Assembly (NCBI GenBank): GCA_964252035.1
Contig: OZ176203.1
From: Podarcis erhardii
Taxonomy: Eukaryota
DNA: 64,000 nucleotides
Reading direction: 5' to 3' (one strand)
The position numbers and the translations under genes are program-made. The notes below the pieces were generated by a model. That model was given only the letters and a program-made list of their open reading frames with translations. It was not told the origin of the DNA and did no database searches. This document shows, in pieces, positions 37,803-50,220 of the stretch. How positions within the stretch are numbered: position 1 is the first letter of the stretch; the number at the start of each line of letters is the position of its first letter.

Positions 37803-39503
37803 CTTTACTCTGTACTTCAGTAAAGTATGCATAAACATATAAGTATTAGTGAAAATAGCATAGACAAATGAACAGTAGTTTGGAAAATCACTATGCAAAT
37901 ATGTTTATATTGGGCAAAATTGCATAGAAGCACATATATTAGGCTAAACTACCCAAACCTACAGAGACCTGTGTCCAGTAGCGCACCCTTCCATTCCTTT
38001 CTTTGTGGCTCATTTTTTTCATCTGTTAAATCATAACACTTTGTGATAGATATGCCTATATCTCTACCTACCTATTTACACGCAAAGTAATTTCATACTT
38101 GCCTTTTCCCTCCCAGACAAACCTATAAGGACACTTTTCCAATAAGATGAAGAGAACTTTATTGCCTTGAGTGCTGCACTTGATAGCTAACAGAGCACAA
38201 CCAAGGAAGCCCAATGGGACCCTTAACACTGAAGGTTTGAACAAGTGACGGATCTCATGATACCGTATTCCCTCTAGCTGTCGAAACTGCCTTCTACAAT
38301 AGTTTAAAAGGCTATTTTGTAGTGCTCCAAGCTTTAATTGGTTTGAAATTGGTCTCCACTGACTAATCAACTAAAGCTTTAGTTGATTAATTTAGTGGGA
38401 GCAATTCTTACTGGGGAAGTTTTGGCTGGCAGGCGTGAGAGCTAAGGCCACACCTTCTTTTAAAGACAGTTTGGCTTTGCTGTATTAGTGTAGGGGAAGA
38501 AAATGTTAAATATGGCTTTTTATTAATTGCTAGATCATGTATATTATATTGTTGGTTTCTGATTAATATCACCTCATTTTTAATTGAAGACGCAAATTAG
38601 CTGTTTCAATGGAGGTGTAGAAATTTTCCTCCAATAATTTTCTTTCCTAACTATTAATCTTTTTTTCCAGGCTTCTTTGGGTGCTTTTTCCAGCTGCTGC
38701 TGTGTTAGCACCTGCCCCCCCCCACCTGCATTACACACATGGGGCCCTGATGAGTAAGGATGAAAAAGTCTTGTTTACATGTGTAGTATGCATGATGTCA
38801 GATGCATGATGGACTGTAGCAGTTTTATACTCCTTTAACCACACCTCTGGCACCTATGTGCCTGGGATGACTGTGCATGCAAATGTACAGGTGTAGGAGC
38901 TCATCCCAGGATTCCCCTTCGTGCAGGGAGCCCTCCACACATACCTATGCATTCATAGAGGCTCCCTTCACACTGAACATGCAACCACCAGGCTATGAGG
39001 CTGGTGCACACACTGGCCTGCAGGCTAGTGAACGTCCTTCCCCTGCTCCCCTCATGCATTCGGTATCCATGCATACCAAACACATCCAATGGGCTACAGC
39101 AAGTGTAATGCAGGCATCACAACTTTACACCACTAAAAAGATTTCACTACATGCTGCTGTCACTGAGGACAAATTAGAACAGCTATGTACAAGGAGCTGG
39201 TGTCAAGCAGGCCAGTGTGAGTTAAGCTGGTGTAAAGTTACACCCGATCCAAACCCCATTCAGCCTCCCAGCCATCTAGCTCCATGTTATCTATACTAAC
39301 CAGAGTGACTTCCCAGATTTTCAGAATTTCTCTGTTCCTGGCTGGAGATGTCAGGGTTGGAAATGGGAAAGTATTCCACAAATGGGGAGCCTCCACAGGC
39401 AAGGCCTGTTCCCATGTTGCCTCCCTGCGGGCTTCTCATGGACAAGGCACATGGAGAAGGGCCTGAGATGATGATCTGGGTGCAGCTTAGTTCATATGGG
39501 GAG

Positions 39504-40150
39504 TGTCACAGACTAGTTTGACACAGAGGAATGGTGGGAGGAAGCAGCTGGTAAACCCTCCCAGGGAAGAAAGCTCAGAGCCTGGGGGTGGGGTGGGTTG
39601 AGGATGCAGGAGAAAAGGGAGAAGTCTGGGAGGAGCAGGAGGTGTCAGAAACTGAAGAGGTAACAGGGCTTGGTGAGCTGGGAGAGTCTGTGGCAGAGAG
39701 AAGTCCAGACTCAGAGGCAGAGGCTGAAGAAGCAAGTCAGTAGGGCAGGGAGGCCCAGAGGGAGAGATGAGTCAGGCTGGTGCAGAACCACAGGTGTCTC
39801 CTTTCCATGTATTACAAGACCCACCCCCCTCCCACTCTGGTCTCCCAGAACCAGAAGAGGCATGAAGGAGAGGCTGCCTTTGCATGGGTGAAGTCTCCAA
39901 TTGCTTAGAAAAAGCCCCAAAGAGGAGAGAACTTAGATGGCTGTGGGGAGGGAGGGACTTTCAGTCTTGGCGACTGATTCATGGCACAAGACTTACCAGG
40001 GATGAGCTGCTGTGCTAATTAGGGCTGACACTCTGCCAAGTCTGTGCCAATCATGTTCTTTCTAATAAAGAGTTAACTCCAACATGAATGCTGGCTTGCT
40101 CCCAAGAGAGAGAGGCAGTCCTTGAGGTATTGCAGCAGCCCTGAGTCATT
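39504..40150 (+). mobile_element. Probable solo LTR
   Basis: Starts TGTCACA, has a purine-rich body, and AATAAA at 40064-40069. The 3' end and TSD are unresolved. Confidence 0.45.
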
Positions 40151-40159
40151 TAAGGTATT

Positions 40160-40610
40160 CCAGGTCAAAGCCAAGACCTCAAAGAAGCCCAGGAAGTAAT
40201 TGGAAGCCTGTGCAGTTGGGCCAGGATTGGTGCAAGATGCCCAAATTGTCTTGCTCTGGTCAGCAGCCCGGCTGCCAAATGCTGCACCAGCTGAGGTTTC
40301 AGAGGCAGCCCCACATGTAACACATTGCAGTAATCTAACAAAGAGCCTTCTAGAGCACAGACAACAGAGTTTAGGCTATCCCTGTCCAGATAGGGGCACA
40401 ACTGGACCACCAGCCAAAGCAGATGGAAGGCACTTCACACCATCGAGGAGACCTGAGTTTCAAGCAACAGCAATGGATCCAGAAGCACCCCAAGCTGCAT
40501 CCCCACTGCTTCAGAGGGAGTGTGACCCCATCAAGACTGTCCCTGTTTTCTAAGGAAATGTGGAGGGTATGCAAGAGCAGGCAACCTCCCACCCATACAG
40601 CCCACTAACA
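40160..40610 (-). mobile_element. Old L2 fragment
   Basis: Minus-strand frames give LCPYLDRDSL..LLDYCNVLHVGLPLK..LAQLHRLP. Confidence 0.75.
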
Positions 40611-42726
40611 GTGTCAGATTGAACTTCAGTTTGTTGGCTCTCATCCAGTCCATTACCGAGGCAAGACAATGGTCCAGCACATCCACTGCCCCACCTGTAA
40701 ATGTAAAGGAGAATTAGAGCTGGGTGTTATCAGGTAGATGTTAAGAAGTGTGGGGGATAAATTTAAGCCCACATTGAGGGCTCCACGGGGCCAAAGAGCA
40801 CCCCTCAAGCATCACCCTCTGGAAACCACCATCCAATTGGACCGGAACCACCACAAAGTGGTGCCACCCAACCCCAACTTGGACAGCCGCTCCAGAGCAT
40901 ATGCATAAGGTCATGCGCTCTATCTTCTGTTAGATCTCAGGAAGCAGGGCTGGGAAATCACTGCAAGGCAGCATCAACAGCATTGGAGCTACGCTGGGAT
41001 TGCAATCAGGTGCCGGGGCTGACACTATAGCTCACTGGAAATCTCATGCTTTGCAAGCAGGAGATCCCAAGTCGCTTGCAACTCCCATGAGAGCACATCA
41101 CAGGCAGCACAGAGCCGAGACCAGGGCGGGCTGATGCCTGTCAGAAGAGACCAAACTATTATAAAACAGTTTTGTCTGCTCTGGTACATCTTATCTTCAT
41201 TTCCATGTGGCTTGGGTAGGAGAACATTCCCATGGGTTGTGCCTACAGAGAGATGTTGGTTGCCCCTCTGCCACCTTTAATGGTGCCCAAATATGCTGTC
41301 AGAGGCAGTTGTTTGCTGCATGGTAAGGCTGGCTTTTCGTTTATTTCCTTGCTACCTGTCCTTCTTTCTTATTATGCCTATTGCAGTTTCTTGGCATGTG
41401 ATCGTGTGAAATGCCCTTAAGCTATGAATCCTGCTTTGTATATCCGGTGAGAATATATTATTTTGTAGATTCATTGTGGAAATAATCAACTCCGCAGCAC
41501 ACAATGTGACAATAGACTTTGTTGCTTGCGGTGAATTGCAAAATGTTGATGATATTGTTACCGACATACCTGTCTTAAGCTGCTGTAGCCTTTCATTCTC
41601 TACATAGTTTGTTCGCTATGCCAGGCTTTGTTTTTCTGACAATGCAACTGAAAACCTTGTTTCTGGCATAAACAATAAAACATTTGAATAAGATTTTTTT
41701 GAAAAAAACCCGCCTGCATATATTAGTCATTAAACATTGCACTTGCAGCATCTAACAAATGCAGCAGCTGAAAATGTAAAACAAACAAGCTGGCTGTAGA
41801 AGAGACCATGCGGTCTCTATGTGTGTTCTTTGTGGATTATGAAAGAACCCCTCCATGCCCTGCCTATGGCTATATTACTCCAAATGAAACAGTCAGAGAA
41901 AGAATATCTACATGTACTCTGATAGATGGAGGAGGAAGGACTTGAAAAAAGAGCAGCACTCAAAGCCAATACAGCCGCAAAGGATGAGATTTGACCTGAG
42001 GAATCAACATCACTGTCTACTACACAACAATCAAGTACATTGAGACTGAAATCCTTTATGCCCTTAAGCAAAGAGTGTGTTCAATTGGGCTGACTAGATG
42101 AGTAGATGATTGAACTGTTAGTAAATTGATTGATTTAGCCGATGCTAGTCAAGGATGGGTTCCTGTGCTGGTACCGGAGGTCCTTCATCCAGTTCCTATT
42201 ATAATCTCAAGAGGATGGGGACAATCAAAAGTTCTGCTGCAGTGTTATCCAGCTGCCTTATCATTGATAGTCATGTTAGCCTCACAGAAGTTGAACATAG
42301 AACTGGTCAGACAGAATATTTTATTGGGATATCCGCTATGTTAAAAATGTTGTGAGTTTAATGTAACTGAGCAGGCAACCTCATGCAGTTCATGGATGGA
42401 ACTTGGTTCTCTAAACCAAAAAATGCTGTCTTTTCTTCTCCTACCTAGGGATTAATGCCAAAGGGTCAGAAAGTTCTACAATAGTTGCAATTCACATTCT
42501 GCAGTTTATTGTGTATCTCTCAGCTGTGTAATCAGAGAAGCAATCAGAAGCAACCCCATGCCCTTGGTCACAAGGAATTTGCAAGAGTTCAGGCCTTTCT
42601 TTAATCCATGGAAACGGCTCAGAGCAAGAGCTTCGGACATGGCATTGACATGGAGAAAGAGGGAACAAGTGGCTCTGGGGCTTCTTGCTCCACTCACAGC
42701 ATCATGACATTCAAAGCTGTTCTAAC

Positions 42727-42815
42727 AGTGTAATCCTGTAAGAGTCAGCTGAGAGGTAAGTCCCATTGAGTTTAATGGATCTTACTCCCAGGTAAATGGG
42801 TGCAGGGCTGCAAGC
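42727..42815. mobile_element. Short palindromic reptile MITE (caatcct..aggattg family)
   Basis: Internal palindrome gtaagtcccattga/taatggatcttac with degenerate termini. Confidence 0.55.
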
Positions 42816-43467
42816 ATAAAACACTCTGATTAGGGAATAAGCCCTTAAAGAAACTATGTATAAGATTATACTGTAAAACCCAAATGCCCCCCCCCCAGTA
42901 ATTTGCATTGTGTGAATCCATAGCCGATCCTTCTCTTACTTCATTGTAATTTATTTTAAACATACACAGCTTCATCTGTTTTCTCTGCTGCTGCGTTTTA
43001 TTTTACCCCATTCATATTGTTGGACAGTGCTATTATAAGGCACTGTTATAAGTTTCATGGCTTCAGTCTGAGATCATTTTATACTACAACACTATCCCAC
43101 AATCCTTAATATATGTTCCAAGATACACAGAGCGATAGTGTTGGCTGCACTATTATTTATGCTCCAACATCTAGTTGGTGGACTAAGCATAGTTTGTACT
43201 GTGTAAATATTGATTAAACGTAAGGTATGTCAACTGCTACTACTGAAGTAATTTAAAGTGTGTAGCTGGTGAAATACATCAGTGGCCAATCTGAACAGAA
43301 AATAGAAAGGGGCAGAATGATAAGCAAATGACCAGCCAGTATAATGTTCTTCTTACAATTAGGGTTAGCAGTTTAGTGGGTGCCACATCAGCAAAAAACC
43401 CCAAATAATTAATTGAGAGTCACATTAACAAAATAGTAATTCAATTTGCACTTGTACAAATGACTAA

Positions 43468-43532
43468 CAGTCCAATCCTATACATGTCTACTCAGAAGTA
43501 ATATCCAGGTTAGTGGGTATAGGATTGCATCC
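43468..43532. mobile_element. Short palindromic reptile MITE (same family)
   Basis: Perfect 11-bp inverted repeat caatcctatac (43473-83) and gtataggattg (43517-27). Confidence 0.55.
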
Positions 43533-43869
43533 TGCAGCTGCTTTCACTGATTAAATATTACAAGGAATAAATAATAATTAATTATTATAGAAGTTAATTT
43601 AAGCTTCTTCTAATGAAAGCTTATCACCAATGCATTAATTTCTGCTTTGCTTCTTTGGTGTTTCAGATTTCTGCTTGAGTTTGAAAAGCAGCAACATCAC
43701 ATAAATATATGGGCTTATTTGGAACATTTAAGCCCATCTGAGCTGAACTTGCTTTTTAAAAAACAAAGAAAGAAAAAATATTATTTTTATGGTAGAGAAT
43801 GGTGGTTCCGTGTTTTCTGTAATTGATCTCCCTCTTTTGTAACTGCTTCCCTCTTTATGAGTACAAGGT

Positions 43870-44085
43870 TGTACCCGAGCATAAGGGGGGGGGGGTTGAT
43901 TTCATTTGCATTTTGATGAAAATTTGCATAATTTGTACTTTCCGAAACAACATGCAGACTGCAATGCAGTGGTCCTGCAAAATTTGTAGCCCTCTGATTT
44001 TTGTGATATAGTTCTCCAACTGAAAAAAGTGTAAAAATGATTATATTAGAGGAAAGTGTGCATTAAAGTGCCTACATTATAGGAG
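43870..44085. mobile_element. AT-rich squamate repeat with tgcata/aaaatgt subrepeats
   Basis: Similar composition and motifs at about 37830-37960 and 53120-53400. Family not assigned. Confidence 0.35.
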
Positions 44086-45198
44086 TGTGCGAAAGATTTA
44101 TCAGAACTGAACCACTCTGGACAGTTTCTGAGCAGGACTGGTGAGAGTAGCTGTAGCCGGGCAGAACCTTGAAATTTCAGTGCAAGGGCTTGGATGGCTG
44201 AATTTTTCTACTTCTAATTTAGAAATTCAGTATTCCTAGTATAGCAATTTATTATTCATTGCATGTATTCAGTTGTATAAGAAGCAAAATCTGAAGACAA
44301 AGTTCTTGACTAATCTCTGTTTCATTTTAAGATAAGTGACCATGTAAGCAACACCCAGTGACAGGGATCTCAGATATGCAAGGCTGGTGGTACAGTATTG
44401 TCTCCCCTAGCAACCACCCAGGCTTCCTTACGAATGCTTGCTTCATACTTTGCAAGTCTTGATTTGGATATATGGACAGTTTTTTATATTGTAATGATCA
44501 GTTGTAACAGAGAGGTCAGGGGCAAGGCAAGAGTTCACCCACAGAATGGCCAGCTGTTTGGCAGGTCTACAGGGAAGCAAGGACAAGAGATGTAAGAACA
44601 ATCAAATCATTGTGTTAGTGCCTGCTGTGAATAGATTATATGACAGAGTCTGACGTGGATCAGCGGCATGAGTAAAATAAGATTCCCCCCACCCATAAAA
44701 TGATGACATTTCAGAAAGTAGAGAGGACCCTGATTATTTTCTCCTGCAAGTCAGCTGACTTGATTTGGCATTTAGATCTAGGAAAGCCTGACATAGTTTG
44801 TGAAAATGTGGAATGTACTCATTTTGAACCATGAGATAAAAGCTTTATAAGATCAGACAATCAGAAACTCATTCTGCACTGCCAATTAAACATAATCAAT
44901 CCATGCTGAAATGAATTACTACAACGTTGTGTAATGGAAATGTGGAATACCTTTGTACTGCAAAGAGTTAGTGGTGTACATCAATGGCTCCTCTCATGCC
45001 CAGACTGCTCTCTGGGGTCTGTGACATCTGCATGATGTCATCTTCATCAATATGCCATCCCAGCCCCTTTAATCCAGATTTCCTGTTTCCACTATTAGGC
45101 TTTCAATCAAAAGAATAAATCTGGATTAAATTGGGGGGGGGGGAATAATATGATGACAACAATATCATTTGGATACTGTTGAAAACTTGCATGCACGA

Positions 45199-45647
45199 TG
45201 TCAGGGAACTGCCATCGGCTCAGAGGCGAGAAACAGAAGGGCAGCTGGGTTACAGGGAGCCTCCGAAAATCTTGCGAAGCAGTTCCTCTTCCATCGAGGA
45301 GGAAAGCCCCACCCACAGTGGAGAAGAGGTGCAAGGACCAGAGGATGCTAGGGAGAGCCTTAACCCCGCTCCTGAGCAAGCAGGAGAGGAGGGAAGCACG
45401 CCCTTGCCATCGCCCATCCTGCGCAGTAGTCTGAGGCGCAGAGAGGGGTGGAAACGGTTGGGGCTAATGAAACTTTTATCTTGGGGGAGGTACAATAAAA
45501 GACCACTCCCGGATTCTGCTAGCGGCTGAGCCAGACATGAGCTTTGGGACTCTTCACTGTAAATAGTTTTGCACCAAAATAAAGCCTGTAAAACACAGGT
45601 TGGAGTCCTGCCTGGTTACTCTTGAGCAACCGCAACAGCACCTGACA
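45199..45647 (+). mobile_element. Solo LTR, intact
   Basis: Perfect 7-bp terminal inverted repeat TGTCAGG/CCTGACA and 5-bp TSD cacga on both sides. TATA-like ATAAAAG near 45495, AATAAA at 45578-83. Confidence 0.9.
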
Positions 45648-46409
45648 CACGAGCAGTAGCGGGTCTGCAATAAATAAGCATGGTGGCAGTTCATCCTGGC
45701 CCCTGAGGAGAACATTTTAGGTGAGAGCCATAGATGACAGCTAAATGTCTTAGGCTCAGCATGCTTCTTGCATAGCCCCAAGACAATTTATGTTGTCGAT
45801 AGTGTAGTATGTGTTTTCTTTGTGGATTATGAAAGAACCCCTCCATGCCCTGCCTATGGTAGTAGTATGTAGCAAAAGTGATTTGATATCAGGTGTGTTC
45901 TCAACAGGGAATGGAAACTAATCCTCATTCTCTCAAAAGAGAACCTTGTGCCATATTCCTATATGCAAGTATTCACACTTACATTTTTTAAGGGTAAATT
46001 TAAATGTAAAGTGTGAAGATGAGACTCTTAAGATGATCAGCAAGGTATCTTGGGTGTTCAGCTTATACCTATACATCTAGATCTGCAGAGAGCATGTCAA
46101 ATGAAGCCCAAATGCAGCTCAATGAAATGTGGCAGGCATTTTCAATGACTTCTGGTTAACTATTTTTGATTCAATATTCTTTAAAGTTCTGTTCAGAGAT
46201 GTTTTCATATAGTTTTCTGAAATACCCAAAAACGAAAATAAAGAGGGAAGGTCAAATTTACTTTAGATGCAGGAGGTGACTCCATTGGAAGAGACACTCA
46301 CTTGCTTCATGGAAGGATTTGTTATTTTGCCAGGGAAACTGTGTATATCTAGGACTCTGCTTAAGGAATCTGTGTTATTTTCAAGATATTAATCCATAAT
46401 AGCCATTTG

Positions 46410-46764
46410 TAGCCCCACGTAGATCGCATTGCAGTCGTCCAAACGGGAGATAACTAGAGCATGCACTACTCTGGCGAGACAATCCGCGGGCAGGTAGGGT
46501 CTCAGCCTGCGTACCAGGTGGAGTTGGTAGACAGCTGCCCTGGATACAGAATTGACCTGCGCCTCCATGGACAGCTGTGAGTCCAAAATGACTCCCAGGC
46601 TGCGCACCTGGTCCTTCAGGGGCACAGTTGCCCCATTCAGGACCAGGGAGTCCTCCACACCAGCCCGCCCCCTGTCCCCCCAAAACAGTACTTCTGTCTT
46701 GTCAGGATTCAACTTCAATCTGTTAGCTGCCATCCACCCTCCAACTGCCTCCAGACACTCACAC
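46410..46764 (-). mobile_element. L2 LINE internal fragment (same family as 27001-27873)
   Basis: CLEAVGGWMAANRLKLNPDKTEV..SRLDDCNAIYVGL. The 3' part is absent. Confidence 0.9.
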
Positions 46765-47262
46765 ATGCAAATGAGTCAAAGTTCTCTATGGATTTAATAC
46801 AAATCTATTCCATGCATAAAATATACAATTTAAAATCCAACCTGGAAATGTAACTTAAAATAACACCTTTATAAAATAAATACCATAGTCAAAATGCCCA
46901 ATAAATGCCATAGCCACATCACAATAGCAAACTAGGTATATGTAAATGCATTAATAAATTAGGGTGAGTGGCATGTAAAAAAATACACGAACCTGATATA
47001 TTCAACTGCCAGTAGCCAGACAGTACATTCTGAACATCAGCTTGAGCATCAATCCAGAAGATCTGTTATATATCTTTATGCATATAACTTATACCTTATA
47101 ACTTATACTCAGAAAATCTTCTAAAATTGATTGACACCGGGGCTCACCACATTTAAGATATGCTGTAATATAATATTTCCCTTTCAAAATGAAAGCCTCT
47201 TAATCTTCAAACAGGTAGCACTGGCCAAACCCTTTCAGAAAAATGAGTTGAATTAAATGGAA

Positions 47263-47730
47263 TTATAGGTGCTGCTGGATCCAGGTTTGGAGACTCAGGT
47301 ATGCTCCGTGGCTAGAAGCGCCTCTCACCAGCTGCGGCTAGTACAACCGTTCCTGGGTGGGAAACCTTGGCCACAATAGTTCATGCACTGGTTGCTTCAC
47401 AATTAGATTACTGCCATGTGTGCTTTGTGGGGCTTCCCTTGTGCCAGATCCGGAAGCTGCAGTTAGTACTGCAGCATGAATGAGACCCTATCAGAATATA
47501 ATGCCTTTACTCAAAGATCTGCACTGGTTGCCAATTTGCTTCTGGACCAAGTCAAAGGTGTTCCCATATATATAAAGTATATATAGTATATATAAAGTAT
47601 ATAAAGCTCTCTATAGCTTGGGACCAGTTTCCCTGAAAGATCATTTTACCCTATACCCAGATATTCCCACATGACTGCTTCGTTTTGCAGAAGTACTATT
47701 ATAAGAAATTGATCTTGTAGTGTGGCAGCA
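47263..47730 (+). mobile_element. Old L2 fragment
   Basis: catgcactggttgcttcacaattagattactgc..gggcttccc..ctgcactggttgccaatt (HALV.S.LDYC..LHWLP). Confidence 0.7.
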
Positions 47731-47749
47731 CCTGCACTTAGAATTATAA

Positions 47750-48093
47750 AATCAAAGAATAATAGAATGGTAGAGTTGGAAGGAACCCCAATGGTGATCT
47801 AGTCCAACCCCTTGCCATACAGGACTCTCAATTAGATCATAAATGACAGATGGCCATCCAACCTCTGTTTAAAAACCTTCAAGGAAGCCAAGTCCACCAC
47901 CTTCAGAGGGAGAACATTCCACTGTCAAATAGCTCTTACCATCAGAAAGTTCTTCCTGAGATTTAGTCAGTCTCCTTCTTGTAACTTGAAGTCATTGGTT
48001 TGAGTCCTCCCCTCCAGAGCAGGAGAAGGCAAGCTTGCTCCATCTTCCATGAGACAGCCCTTGAGATATTTGAAGATGGCTATTATATCTCCT
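47750..48093 (-). mobile_element. CR1 3' fragment
   Basis: agaataatagaatggtagagttggaagg tail and ORF2 end (cagcccttgagatatttgaagatggct). Confidence 0.88.
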
Positions 48094-48159
48094 CCTAAAT
48101 TACTTTAAAAAATCAAGCGGTATATAATTCTTTTAAAAAATAAATAATAATGGAGATAA

Positions 48160-48229
48160 TTAAGCAGTCCACCAAGACCTGCAGTAATTTTCAACAGGTC
48201 CATGGGGGGAAACGTTTTGGGAACCACTG
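48160..48229. mobile_element. hAT-Charlie-like terminal fragment
   Basis: Ends ggtccatggggggaaacgttttgggaaccactg. Confidence 0.5.
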
Positions 48230-48419
48230 GCATAGCCTTTTTTTCAGGATACATCTGAAAAAAGATGTATTGCCATTGCAGGAGCTAGAGTTTATACCTC
48301 CCCCTCTCTGTTTTCCCCCAAAAGTGCACCCCAATCTCTACTGCTACCCATGAAACGTAGGCTGGCCTTACTAGATTTTTCTCTGTCCTGATCATCATGA
48401 CTTGTTTCTGGAGTGAGGC

Positions 48420-48750
48420 CAAAAGTAATTGGTTGTTTTCTTTTTCTATCAGAACTTTTTCAGTGCCAATTATTTATTCTGGTCTATTCATAGTCATCTA
48501 AATCTCTTTGAAACTTTTGCTCTCTGAATTCCCCCAACTGCATTTCCAGTTCATTATTTAATATCTCAGTCTTTTTGGTATACACTCTTGCAATTGCAAC
48601 CACAGTGGCCTTCAGCTCAGCTCTCATACATGGTAGTTCTGTCCTTAATCTGCCAGCCTCCATCTTTGAGGTCTCTATCAAGAACACTGTAAGATCAGTA
48701 GAGCATTTATTTAAAATGACATGCATTTGTCTCTAAATTTGTCTCTCTTG
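48420..48750 (-). pseudogene. Penelope-like element ORF N-terminal domain remnant
   Basis: ILNKCSTDLTVFLIE...KFQRDLDDYE*TRINNW matches the W..IL..CS.DL..LLI and K+.RD..DY...R+..W pattern I associate with tetrapod PLE proteins. Contains stops. Confidence 0.5.
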
Positions 48751-50220
48751 AGAACTGAATGCTTTACTAAAATTGAAAACTATCCACATTTGAGCATTTT
48801 GGTGCAAAATTACACATTCCTCCTGCTGTTTCATTTGGCCAACTGCACTGGGATGAAGACACAAGACAGTTGCTTGGATTAGCAGACAGCTTTGTTAACA
48901 ACAAGGATATTCAACAAGCATAACCAGATCTATATAAATCAAATGCAAGCTTTTCGAAATCTAAGGCGACTACTGCAAGATTTCCTGTTGCCTCATCCTG
49001 GAGAAATGCACCATGTCAAACCTGTTGCTGATCTGTGCCTTTCATTGTCTTCCCATCATAAATTGAGCCTTGGTGTGCAGCTTGCTAGTCCCTGCTTCTC
49101 CTGGCTGATATACAATGGGCTATAATGGACTCTAGGATTGTTCTCTTCCAACATCCCAGTGAGCTGCCTAGCAATGAGAAGTATGTTGGGTAAACAGTCC
49201 TTCAATGTCCAGGTGCCTCAAGATGCTGAGCTGCTCAAGCTTGTCTTATCTCCACAACCAGGTAACAATCACACTGAACAGGCCTTAATGAAGATCACAT
49301 TCTTCCACCAAAAGGGAACTCTATTCTGAACTTGCCTTGACTACTATCATAGGCAGGTAGCTTCTCTTATATGCTGCCCTGGAACAAGCAGTCTCCCTTC
49401 CTTCCCTCTTGGCTGATGAACAGCAAGGGCTTCATGGAGCTTCTCCCAACTCTACCTGAAGACCCTGAGCACAGGACTTGTCATTTACAGCATTTACAGA
49501 TCTTTGCCTGTGAAAATGACACAGTGTAGTGTTCTACACTCCATCGGGATGCTGGTTGAAACAAAGGTCACAAAGGTCAACCTTGGTTATACCTTTAGGA
49601 AGGAAGGAAGAAACTGGGGCCTTGGGGTACAGGAAAAAGTCAAACTTAAAAACATTTTTTGGCATTTTCTATCATTTAACTAAAGTTCCAAACTCTCTGT
49701 GAAACAAAAGCAATGTGAAACAAAGGTTCTGATCCAATACAAAGGATACCACATTATGATGCACCACAAGTTCCTTCTACATAGAAATGTTGACACACAT
49801 TTGTCCCGAAACCATATGCGACAGTGACAAGATACCATCCTTTTTGTTGCATCACATAGCCTTGAAAGGAAGTCTCAGCCTGAAGCAATCACTTCACAGG
49901 CAAAGGTGAGGTGGCCTGGCCTAGCAGCTCTTGAAGCTAAAGAAAGGCCGCTTTCTTTGCCCTGTAGCAAAAGTTGAATCTCTTCCAGACTGCCCTGCCT
50001 TTTCCTCAGGCAGATGGCTAGTCTGTTGAACTATATCCAGTTCAGTACTCAAAAAGGTTGAACATGAAAGAGGCCCTTCCATTTTACCCTCTGTCAGAGA
50101 TACCCTTTAAAATCCATTTAACTCTGTAAAGTGGTACATAAAACTTGTGCAATTAGTCTGTATGTCTGGGGAAACAAAGACTCACCCTGGTAATGAGTCC
50201 CATTTCATGTCTGGACCTAT

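Noticed and set aside
38747-38770. CTGATGA...GAAA..GTC hammerhead-like string
   Set aside because: Stem II is only 2 weak pairs, helix III is mismatched, and there is no stem I.
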